64,000 nt of DNA from Octopus vulgaris (lineage: Eukaryota), in NCBI GenBank assembly GCA_951406725.2, contig OX597821.1:68696001-68760000 (forward strand), given 5' to 3'. Below, in pieces: positions 52,841-64,000 of this stretch. Each line of letters begins with the position of its first letter. Within the stretch, counting starts at the first letter, position 1. Under the pieces are notes generated by a model. The model searched no databases. It was not told the origin of the DNA and saw only the letters and a program-made list of their open reading frames with translations. The translations under genes were made by a program, and so were the position numbers.

Positions 52841-53265
52841 TAGGCGCAGGAGTGGCTGTGTGGTAAGTAGCTTGCTAACCAACCACATGGTTGTGGGTTC
52901 AGTCCCACTGCGTGGCATCTTGGGCAAGTGTCTTCTGCTATAGCCCTGGGCCGACCAATGCCTTGTGAGTGGATTTGGTAGACAGAAACTGAAAGAAGCC
53001 TGTCGTATATATGTATATATATATATATATATATGTATGCGTGTGTGTGTTTGTGTGTCTGTGTTTGTCCCCCTAGCATTGCTTGACAACCGATGCTGGT
53101 GTGTTTACGTCCCCGTCACTTAGCGGTTCGGCAAAAGAGACCGATAGAATAAGTACTGGGCTTACAAAGAATAAGTCCCAGGGTAAATTTGATCGACTAA
53201 AGGCGGTGCTCCAGCATGGCCGCAGTCAAATGACTGAAACAAGTAAAAGAGTAAAGAGTAAAAAA
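52841..53265 (+). mobile_element. tRNA-derived SINE family A with internal (TA)n(TG)n microsatellite
   Basis: ggcgcaggagtggctgtgtggtaag...ggttcagtccc head and gtaaaaga tail. Other copies at about 1633-1970, 5900-6325, 45200-45585, 56250-56840 (+) and 56985-57480, 63200-63555 (-). Confidence 0.9.
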
Positions 53266-54592
53266 GTATCATCATCATGACACCAACTATTCTTCTTCAC
53301 CAATCTTGCATTGCTGGCTATTAACATTCATAATCATTGTTTTAATGCCTATTTTTCCATGCTTGCATGGGTCAGGTAAGACAACATTAGAGAAGAGTTT
53401 TCTGTGGCCAATGTCCTTCCTGATGCCAACCCTCACTTGTTTCTAAGCAAGGTAATAATCCCCCAGTCTATAAAACAATGGACAGTTTGTCCATTATGTA
53501 GAGAAATGGGAATAGATGACACTGTATAAATGTGCCTATTGTTTACAATAAGTAAACACACATGATGGGAAATATGAACTCATTCATACAAACACACATG
53601 TACATAACAGCCTTCTTCAGTTTCCATCAACCAACTTCACTAAGTAATTGATCAACCAGCACCTGCAGTATAGAATATCAACCAACAATATCCATTTAGT
53701 GAGACTGAACCCTTAACTACTACATGTTTCTGAAGTGAACTTCTTAACCACACAGCCATACCTGCACCAATTAAATATAGATGCCCAACAAACACATATA
53801 TGGAAGTGTATATATGTGTGCGTATGTATGTCCCTATATATGTCGAGGTTTTACAGAATAAATACATTCGGTGGTAATAATCACTGAGAGAAGTTGCTGC
53901 CAGAAAACAACCATTTCAATACCTTAATGACAACATATTACACTTTAAATATTGAATGAAAAATTTCTTTTTTCACCTTCAATTAAATAATTCCTGCCTA
54001 CTTTTTTCTGGTGTTATTATACAATAAATTATTACATGTTGGAAAAAAGTCTGAATGTAGCTTGTAGCTAATATAGGAGAAAACTCTGGATAGATGCCAA
54101 TAGTTTGATCTTATAAAAGGGTATGAATTCGGAAACAATGGTCCACAAAATGAGAAATGTGTATTTTTCTTCTTTTTTTTTTATGTCTCTTTTACATCTC
54201 TTTTTCTATCTAGAGACAGCGTTTTTCCATCTAGTATAGGATGAAATAGATATTAATAAGTGGGTCATATATGTTGCATATACAAAGGTCCCAGAAGTAG
54301 TGCCGGAATCAATAGTGAAACATTCAGTAAGGAACAAAACCGTCATTATATCTTTGATCTTAGTCTATTTGAAACTGAAGTAATGAGATTCAGAAACAAG
54401 TAGCAACAAAATGTTTCAGTAGACATACAATTTATAAGCTCAGTGAAAAACTGAAAATGTTTCACTAACAGCTTGGATGTATCAGTGATCCTTACCATAT
54501 TTGTGCTTGAAAAGTGGCAAGCCAGATCTCATCAAGATCTCATTGTCCATTAAGATTCAAAAATATTTTTAAAATTTTAAATACACCTTTTG

Positions 54593-54945
54593 TCATCATC
54601 ATCATCATCATCATCGTTTAACGTCCATTTTCCATGCTGGCATGGGTTGGATGGTTCAACTGGGGTCTGGGAAGCCAGGAGGTTACACCAGGCTCCAATC
54701 TGATCTGGCAGTGTTTCTACAGCTGGATGCCCTTCCTAACACCAACCATTCCAAGAGTGTAGTGGGTGCTTTTTATATGCCACTGGCACAGGGGCCAGAG
54801 GGAGCTGGCATTGAACACATTTTGGGATGGTGCTTTTTTTACATGCCACTGCCACAGGAGCCAGTGCTGGCATCGGCCACATTCAGATGGTACTTTTTAC
54901 ATGCCACCGGCACAGGGAGCCAGACAGGCAGCACTGGCATCATCC
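54593..54945 (-). mobile_element. Retroposon family B
   Basis: (CAT)n then cgtttaacgtccattttccatgctggcatgggttgg, the reverse complement of family B. Confidence 0.85.
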
Positions 54946-57039
54946 ACAACTACAATTCCCATTTGTGGTTTGATTTGATTTTGATGTACTTAACAGCTGT
55001 GTCTTCTACAGTGTAAAATCTTAGCTAAGTTTTGTCCCCAAAGGATTAAAACAGGAATGAAAGCATCAACACAAAAACAATCGTAATAAGACTATCAACT
55101 ATAGACAGTCATTTGTCAGGTTATCAGTAAAATGGATCTTGTTATGTGAATTTCTTGGAATTTAAGCAGAGAAAATACTTGGTGACAAATACACCATGTT
55201 TCAATTGATAAAGAGCCCAACTCAAAATTCATTTAATCATTTTTACTAAGGATAATTAAGTGGCGTATTTGGATTATCTATTGATTAGAAGACCTAAAAC
55301 TACTGCTGTGAGAAAGATTTCTCTAAGGTTATGTAGTTAGGCATATGTTACAAACCACTGGAAGTTATGCATAAGGGAAGTGACAAGGTAAAAGCAGAGT
55401 AGAAACTATTAAATACTCAGTAAATACTCAGGCAGAGATAGATGGTGAAACAGTAAATTTTATAAACAACATGACTCACAAAAATACCTAAGAAACTAAC
55501 AACAGAGATAGTTTAAAGAGGAACTAATTAGCAAACTTATCCAACACTAAACCACAATATGGAAGGAAAGAAATAAAAATTAGAAATAATTTATATGTTC
55601 GAATGACAACAAATACTTAACCCTTACAACAAAGTAATATCCTTTAAGTGGAAATGAAATATTCCCCCACCTTCCTCCAAGAACTTAAGAATGTAGACTG
55701 TACCTACGGAACAGTTCAGAAGAGATAGAGGGGGGTTTGTTAAAAAGAATGTGTACTGGAAAAAAACTGCAACCACCTGTTAGCTAAATGTGTTTTGAAA
55801 ATCAACATGTCATGCAATCCAGATGACTGACATTATTGTTGACCCTAATTTGCTAAGGGGTTAGCAAGGCCTGTTTAGTATCAATCACATGATTCTCCAG
55901 AATAAAACAAAGCAAAAACTAGAAGAAAAAAAAGAAAAACAATTAAATCTAGTCATTGGTGTCATTTCAGAGAGTGATGTTAAATATAATGTATCAGTTG
56001 CTAAGATAAAAGTATAGGTAAAGCAATAAATGGAATGAAGAAGAGTAGCAAATAAGCTGAAGGTGTGAAGGTATGTAGAAGCAGTAATATTAACTGCCAT
56101 GCATGAAAAGTGACATTGGCAATGTAATTACAGTAACACATTAAAAGTCTGATTACTAACACAACAGTAGGAATACAACTATTTTGTCCTAGCTTTAAGG
56201 TGTTACAAAAAAATTGCACAAAAGGGATGACCTGTAAAATCTAGATAGATGCTGGCATGGCTGTGAAGTTAAGAAGTTTGCTAACCTATTTTTTTACTAC
56301 CCACAAGGGGCTAAACACAGAGAGGACAAAGACAGACAAACAGATTAAGTCGATTATATCGACCTCAATGTGTAACTGGTACTTATTTAATCAACCCTGA
56401 AAGGATGAAAGGCAAAGTCGACCTCGGCGGAATTTGTACTCAGAATGTAGCGGTAGACGAAATACGCTAAGCATTTTGCCCGGAATGCTAACGTTTCTGC
56501 CTGTTCGCCTTGCTTACCAACCATGTGGTTTCAGATTCAGGCCTACTGTGTGGCACCTCAGGCAGGTATCGTCTACATTAGACCCAGGCCAACCAATGCC
56601 TTGTGAATGAATTTAGTTGAGAAACTGTGTGAAAACCCTGTCTGTGTGTGCATGTATGTGTGTGTACGCATGTCTGTGCTTGAACCACACACTGCTTAAC
56701 AACTAACAACTGGTGTTGGTTTGTTCAGACTTCTATAACTTAGTAAATTCAAAAGAGACAGAATAAATATCAGGCTTAAAAAATAAGTAGTGAGATTGAT
56801 TTGTTCCATTAAAATCTTCAAGGCTGTGCCCCAGTAAGATGAAGGGCAAGTATTTTGTTTGATTTCAAATCCAAAAATGAGACAAAGCTTGTGCAACTAA
56901 TTAGCAAATACAGGGATTGTCGAAGTAAACCAGCATTTTGTGAGATCAAATTAATTCAGGATTTAGGCACTTTTATCTTTTACATTTTTCAGTTGTTTCA
57001 CTGAAGCCATGCTGGGGTACCACTTTGTAGGGCTTAGTT

Positions 57040-57186
57040 CAGTCATGGGGAAACTGCAGTTTGTAAGACTTTCCAAATCGCATGCCTAACAAAAAAATTA
57101 CCTTGAAACGTTTTAGTAGAGCAACCCATGTGATGATGTGCCTTTTCTCACAGAGCCTGCTTCTCAGAAAAGGTTACCTGTGCCTG
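57040..57186. mobile_element. hAT MITE nested in a SINE
   Basis: Ends cagtcatggggaaac and ggttacctgtgcctg; 8-bp TSD gcttagtt / gtttagtt. Interrupts the SINE at about 56985-57480. Confidence 0.65.
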
Positions 57187-60100
57187 GTTTAGTTGAACGA
57201 AACAACTCCAGCACTTATACTTTAGTCTGGTACTTATCCTATTGGTTTCTTTCACCACACCAACTTAAGGAGACACAAACAACCCAACACTGGTTGCCAA
57301 GTGGTTGTAGGGGACAAACAAACACACTAAAGGATTTCAGTTTCCATCAACCAAATTGACTCACACGGCATAGATCAGTCAAGGGCTAAAGGTGAAGACA
57401 CCTGCTCAAGGTGCCATGCAATGGCACAGAACCTAAAACCCACATGGTAGCAAAGCAAGCTTCTAAACCATACAGACATATCTTTGTGCATCCAATACAG
57501 TAATAATAGCATCAGTAACTTAGTATGCAATGACCATCACCATCATTTAACGTCTATTGTCCATGCTGGCATGGGTTGGATAGTGTGACCAGAGCTGGCA
57601 ATCTGGTGAGGGGTGGGAGGACTGCACCAGACTCCAGTCTGATTTGGCATGGTTTCTACAGCTGGATGCCCTTCCTAAAGGGAACCATCTTACAGAATGT
57701 GCTGGATGCTTTTACATGGCACCTCATTAGCGTTCTTACATTGTCGCCGCACCAGAGTTCTTATATTGTTGCTGCACAGGTGTTCTTACCTTGTCGCTGC
57801 ATGGACATTTTTATATAAAACTAATTACTGTAAGCAGAAGTAGCAGACTAGTATTAACCAAGAACAACACAGGTAGTAAATTCTGTATTAACTAATTTTA
57901 TAATGCCAAGAATAGACTTAACAAATGCAAAGCATATGAAATATCTCAAACTTATCTTTCTCTTTTATTTATTTATTTATTTATCAGCTTGAAGCAGCTC
58001 CTTGCCCTAGCTTTTTTCTTATCTCCACAAGACTGTATAATAAGGGATAACTGGGTGAGATACTATGTTGTTCAATTATCTACTACAATAATGATTGGAA
58101 GAAAATGTTGGAAGATTACAATTCTGGGAAGTTGTGATTACTATAGACCCCCTGCCCACTCCCTTCAGAGGGAGATGGGAATATAGAAGACACAGCCGAG
58201 AGATGGGAGAGGGGGGGGGCATAGATAATGCAATAATAATAATAGCAGAAAAGACAAAAAGAACACAAGTGATTGTAGAGGATTGGTAAATAAGTGAATG
58301 GCTGAGAGTGGGAAGTAGACTGCCAAAGATATGAACTCCAAACCTTATGACTGAAAAGTCCAGTAAATTATTTATGGATTTCACATAATAGAATCATGAC
58401 TACTTAATCTGGTGTGTGTGATATAAATTTTGATGAGAAGATATATCAAAATATTTTAAGACAAACAATTCACTGTAACTTCTAAACTCAATATGGAAAT
58501 CATGTGAATTATGAAAATACTTTTAGTTAATAGTTTATTACTTCACATCATAAAAAATCCATATGCTAATATATTTAAAAGGGTTTATTCAAATATCCAT
58601 CGTACATGTTTTACTAATCAACTAATTATCGTTTTAATACCTACCCACCTTTCCATGTTCATATGGGTCAGATGGAATTTTTTTTGAGGCAAATTTTCTA
58701 CAGCCAAATACCCTTCCTGTCACCAATCTTTAACTATTTCCAAATAAGGTAATATTTCCCCATAACGAGACATGTTTTTACAGAATGAAGTACAATGCTT
58801 GCACGATGGTAACATTTGTTTACAACTATCATGTGATGTCAAGGCAAGGAGACAGTAACACACATATACTTACAAACATCTATATACAACAGACTTCTTT
58901 CAGTTTCCATCCACCAAATCCACTAACAAGGTTTTAGTCAATTCAGGGCTCTAGTAGAAAACACTTGCCCAAGGTACCATGTGGTGGGATTGAACCCAGA
59001 ATCAAGTGGTTGGGAAGCAAACATCCTACCATACAGCCACATCTGTGCCTATACCACACCTACATTTATAATATCCATTTCTTCAGCAATTAGAATCTAA
59101 ATATTAAAAATGAAGAATATAGCATTGCATACTGAAGAATACACACACACAGTGTCAAGTATATATTTCTTCTTTGATTAGGTTCAGCTATCGTTTGCAG
59201 CTGACTATATAGCTCTGGAAAGGGAAGGTAATTCAAGCTAAGCAGTCACTTTAGAAGTTTCATCATCATCATCATCATTCATCATCATCGTTTAACGTCC
59301 GCTTTCCATGCTAGCATGGGTTGGACGCTAGCATGGGAAAAATGAAGACTAGCACTTATAAGGAGAGTGGTTTTGGTTGTGCATAGTGAGGAAGCCCTGT
59401 TGTAAGTTTACTTTCTATCGGTATCTGTACAGTGTTAGTGTGAAACAAAATAAGGATGTTAATTATCTATTGCAAGATGTTCCTAGTGTCTCTATAAAAG
59501 ATGCAAAGGCATGAATGGGTCACACCAATAGAGGAATAGACGACCAGCCAATAAGTTTTTGTATCCATAACTAAAACTTGTTTTTTTTAAATGTCCACTC
59601 CTCTTTAAATAGGTCCTGCACACAGTGCAGCTAAATGTTGTTAGCTGCCTGTACAGTTGATACAGACCAAGTTCAATTCCTCTTAAAGCACAATAATAGG
59701 CCAATGTCCTATCCACACAGTGGGTTTCATCCACTCATCACAACAGAAATTTGAGATAAGCACTAGCCACATTAAAACCCAGGTGATTTGGTAAAAGATA
59801 GCAGGTTGCCTGTTTAGTAGGAGGGGATCAAGTTGCATGAAGGTGATACTTATGCAAAGAAGGTAGATAACAATGGTTAGTATAGGAATACATAAGGAAT
59901 AGTATAGGCTTAAACTTTCAACATTTAAAACCAGTCAAATCTGGCCCAAATATTTTACCTGCTCAAACCGAACAGATTCAGTGTCTCACACCAACCCAAC
60001 AATGTCATTCTAAAAATACACAACCACATCAGTGAAATCTTGAAGCTACGAGATAATGTGATGCTAATTCAAAACAATGTGAATAAGCAGTATATTTGAT

Positions 60101-62066
60101 AGAATCATCTGAGTTTTAAAGGGTTAAACTAACCCCTGAGGCACCTAGGTTACGGCAGAGTAAGAAAGAGTCAATAAATTACAATGAAGAGATCTGATGG
60201 GAGGCTTCTGGCGAAATCCATAAACAAGATTCGTTGCAAAATCATTAATACCAGATCAAATCAAAGCCTTTGCTGATTAACATATCTTTACTAGCACTAA
60301 AGCTTTGAAGGGTAATTGATCGTTAATGTGAGATTAATAAGACAAGCAATTTTCAGTGGATATAGTTTAGAGTTCTTGAATAAACACTAAGTCAATTCTA
60401 ATCAGATCTGCAGTCAACGACACTTCGGTTATGACCATCCTGTCATATTTTCAAACATAAACTGCCCTGGAAAACATCATCCAACATTTCCTTGAAGACG
60501 ATAATGCTTTGAAGAGTGTTAGGTTAATAATTCTTGTGGATCAAATAATCATGAAGCGGTTACTTTGCTGAGTAAGAAGGTGGTCAGTTGCCTCCCTCAA
60601 ATATTGTAAATAGCAGAAAGTAGTTGGAGCAACAGAGACCATTACTTTATTTCAAAGTAAATAGTCCTATGTAGAAGGTAGTAAAATGAGGGCCCCGAAA
60701 GTAGCAATAAAAGAATTAACACAGTATATAATTCAATACAAGTATATAAAAATGCTATAACTACTGCAGACTTAAGGGGTGACATACGTAATTAACCTTT
60801 CCTGTATGAATAGCTGTAGATGAGGAATTAGTGGAAATGTCACAGCTGACACTTTCACCTAATTCAACTAGTTCAAACAAAATCCTCATTGACATACAAA
60901 AACTATTCATATGTATGCTCAGTATTGAATAATAAGGCATTACATATATCTGAATATAGAGAGAGACATTAAACAGAGAGGAAATGATGAGAAAGTGGAT
61001 GGTTTGAGGAAGTGGGGTACTATAAATAAAGCTCAACCTAACATGCTACTAGTGATGAAATTCTGTGTTGGTAGGATGGAGTAGGGGGGGGTCATATCTG
61101 TAAAGAGTAAGGTTTTCCTTTTTACATAAGCTTTAGAATTAGGTGAGAAAGATAAGAATATATGCAAAAGTTTTCTCAAGGGGGTTTAGTTAGCAACCTA
61201 AAACAGCAATACACACCAATGTTGAAATTGGGTTGCAGATTCAACATACCGAGAACTTACTGCTGCTACCTTAAATATCAAAAATCTTAAGAAAAGTTTA
61301 GGCTTACTAAATTCATTTCGTTTTTGCAACAATATTTGTGTTGCTGTAAAAGCAGGCTGCTGATAATTACTGGCTCGTTTTGTCATGTCCACTTGCCAAG
61401 TGGTGAGTATTTCTTACAAAAGATGATTCATCAAAAGTGGGCAGACACCAATTACTGACCACAACTAACAGTTTTGGCAGAAAGTAACAATCTCTCAATA
61501 CGAAAAGGTTAATGACAACAGTAATTGAAATCACATGACTAAGTAAAGCTGACATACCAGAGAGAGAGAGAGAGAGAGAGAAGATCCATTAAACAAGGGT
61601 TACCAGGTGTGCAATTAACAAAGAATTATGTGTTATTAGTAAAACAACCAAAGTCATCTGACAATAAACAGTGACAACATTAACAAGAGGGGCAGTAAGC
61701 AACAATAAAGTGTCTGTTTTCAAAACAAAAGTTTATATGGATATGAGAAAGTCAATTCACTGTAACAGAATACATTTATCAACTGATCAATAAAACCATG
61801 TCATCTATACAAATGGCAGGTGAAAATCTCTCAATCTACACAAGTCTTCTAATAGAAGCGTTCACTTTTCACTCTCATTCATAAATAATGAAGTATTTTC
61901 CTGGTCAACCAACATTAATCGAAATTAAGTTTTAAAAATGTAGTAAAAGTAACCCTTTACCAATTCAGCAATCAGAAATTTTTTTCTACCAGTTATGAAG
62001 AGAAGCTAATATTAGTTATCAAACTCACTAAAAGGGAAAATGAAATATTCATAAAAACGTGTATAA

Positions 62067-62418
62067 AACAAGAGCATTCAGAGAGTGCAAACTTCCGCCA
62101 AGTGCAACACCAACGTCCTCTCAACGATTAGCCTGAGACGATTTTTAAAATGAGAATATCTGAAATAAACTTGGCTGCTCTCACAAACAAGAATACTAAA
62201 AATGAACCTAACTGCTCTCAAAAATTAAGTAAAGAAACAGAAAAAATAATCCAGAATCCTTGTCCGGTAACGGATCGATCCCAAAATCTAATCAATTTGT
62301 GCCAGTTACAAGGCCAACATCCCTGAAGGTTTCATCCAAATTCATCGAGCGGTTCTCAAGATATCTTGTCCATACAACTGAAAACAATATCACCGACTTC
62401 GCTAAGGCGGAGGTAATT
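62067..62418 (-). mobile_element. Helentron/DINE-1-type non-autonomous element (HINE)
   Basis: Asymmetric sub-terminal inverted repeats acttccgcc and ggcggaggt, short terminal stem-loop gcattc-aga-gagtgc, T-run ends, retained CpGs. Confidence 0.65.
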
Positions 62419-62787
62419 AGATTAAAAACTTAAATAAAACCATTTTCTCGACAAATGCTAATTAAAATGACATCTTTTGTTGTTCTAAACTGATCAGATA
62501 AAGAAGAAAGTTAGTGTATTTTTACAACTGCATGATGCAGAATTTAGTTTTACCTCTGTGTTACATAAATGTAATAGAATGCACAAATCAGAGATTAGGT
62601 AAAAAAATAAAAAAAGAGAGAGAGCTGAATTCAGTTGAGTTTCACAGGAGTGTAAAGGCTAATATCAAGGTGAACAATAAATGCTATGATGATGATGATG
62701 ATGAGAGTAAATGGACACAAAATAGCAATAGAACTAATGCTTTTTGATGAATTCAAAGTCTATAGGGTTCGGTACCTGTACTGTTAA

Positions 62788-63007
62788 CCCTTTAGCATTC
62801 AGATATCTTTGTCAAATGTAATGCTTATTTATTCACATTGTTTTGAATTAATCGCATATCTCATAGCTTCAAAATTTTGATGATGCAACTATTTTACTTT
62901 TATGATGGCATTGTGGGATAGGTACAAAAAGCCAGATCTGGTCAGTTTGAACACACAAGACAGATGGAATAGCTAGGCTGGATATGGCTATTTTGAAGGC
63001 TAAAGGG
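62788..63007. mobile_element. piggyBac-type MITE (TTAA TSD)
   Basis: ttaa|ccctttagcattc ... gaaggctaaaggg|ttaa. Further copies at about 12500-12700, 23310-23533 and 59910-60126. Confidence 0.85.
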
Positions 63008-63633
63008 TTAAGTATTATCAATCTTCTCTGGAAAAGTTCAATAAACTTTGGAGTACTATTCTTCCTTTAATAATAATAGATAATGGAGAGAGATTTTTTG
63101 GTAAAATTTCATGTGGCAAACAGACAATTATGAAAGAATTGAGGCAACACATTTTAAATTATCTTTCTTAGATACCTCATTTTGTTCTACCAAAATGATT
63201 ATCTTCATATGACACTACTTCCAACAGCAATACTAGGATACCACTTTGAAGACTTTAGTCAATCAAATCGACCCCTGTAATATGTTTTTAAAAGTCTGGC
63301 CCTTATTCTATTTGTCTCGTTTTACTAAGTATCTAAGTTACTGGGCACTAACAAACCAACACCGGTTAAATGGATTCAGAGATAAAACCCCACGCAATGG
63401 ACTTTTGCAGAGCTTCTGTCTATCACATCCACTCACAAGGTATTCTTTGACCCAGAACTACAGTAGTAGACACTTGCCCATGATGTCATATTGTGGGACT
63501 GAGCCTGAAACCATTTGTGCTTGCAAAGCAAACTTCTTCACCCCACAGCCCTTATTACTCATACATAACTCCCCCACCCCCCAAAAAATGAATACTAGCA
63601 ACATAGTATTCAGGAAGCAGTTTTGTTTATGAC

Positions 63634-63866
63634 CAGGGCTGTGGAGTCAAAACAAAAAACTTCAACTCCGACTCCTCTATATAATTAAGTGATTGCGGTC
63701 TACATATCTCATGAAGCATATGCATACACTTGTACTTTAAGTAGGTCTATATGTTATAACCGGTTTATATTAAAGAATAAAGATATTGTGAGTCAGAGTC
63801 AATATAGTTTTACCGACTGACTCCAGCTACCCCTTAATGGTTTCCAACTCCGACTCCACAGCCCTG
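63634..63866. mobile_element. hAT-family MITE
   Basis: Perfect 15-bp TIR cagggctgtggagtc / gactccacagccctg, perfect 8-bp TSD tttatgac, internal gactcc/gagtc subterminal repeats. Confidence 0.92.
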
Positions 63867-64000
63867 TTTATGACAACAGAGTTCACTAGAGCATGCCTTG
63901 GATATGACCTATGGTACTGGAATAAATGACCCTTCCATGTAAATTTAACATGGCAGATCTTGTTGAATCGCCAGCCCTACACAAGAACTGATTAAATTAG

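Noticed and set aside
61198-61392. ORF MTKRASNYQQPAFTATQILLQKRNEF with a gtaagc donor as possible nudE first exon
   Set aside because: The donor is phase 1 but exon 51732 needs phase 2, and there is no similarity to the NudE N-terminus (F.S..EE..YWK).

Overview
AT-rich, microsatellite- and SINE-dense eukaryotic DNA. The repeat families resemble those I recall from Octopus (coleoid cephalopod) genomes; the species is not determinable from this window. Most of the window is intronic sequence of one minus-strand gene, a nudE/NDE1/NDEL1 dynein-LIS1 regulator. Seven internal coding exons (51579-51732, 40408-40556, 36414-36459, 34267-34357, 32068-32298, 28002-28072, 21366-21466) splice in phase with GT-AG ends. 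I could not find the start-codon exon, which probably lies beyond 64000. Several phase-compatible candidate last exons follow (14092, 11145, 10879, 4481, 1093). The introns hold a decayed DD34D mariner, a deleted Gypsy-like LTR element, a Helitron, a Helentron-type element, hAT, piggyBac and TA-TSD MITEs, Penelope and LINE fragments and several tRNA-SINE families. The most unusual object is a 488-bp insertion with a 14-bp TSD (42011-42498): a head-to-head dimer of a tRNA-promoter unit carrying a minimal Penelope-type hammerhead ribozyme, intact on the gene's sense strand. All calls were made by eye, without database searches.
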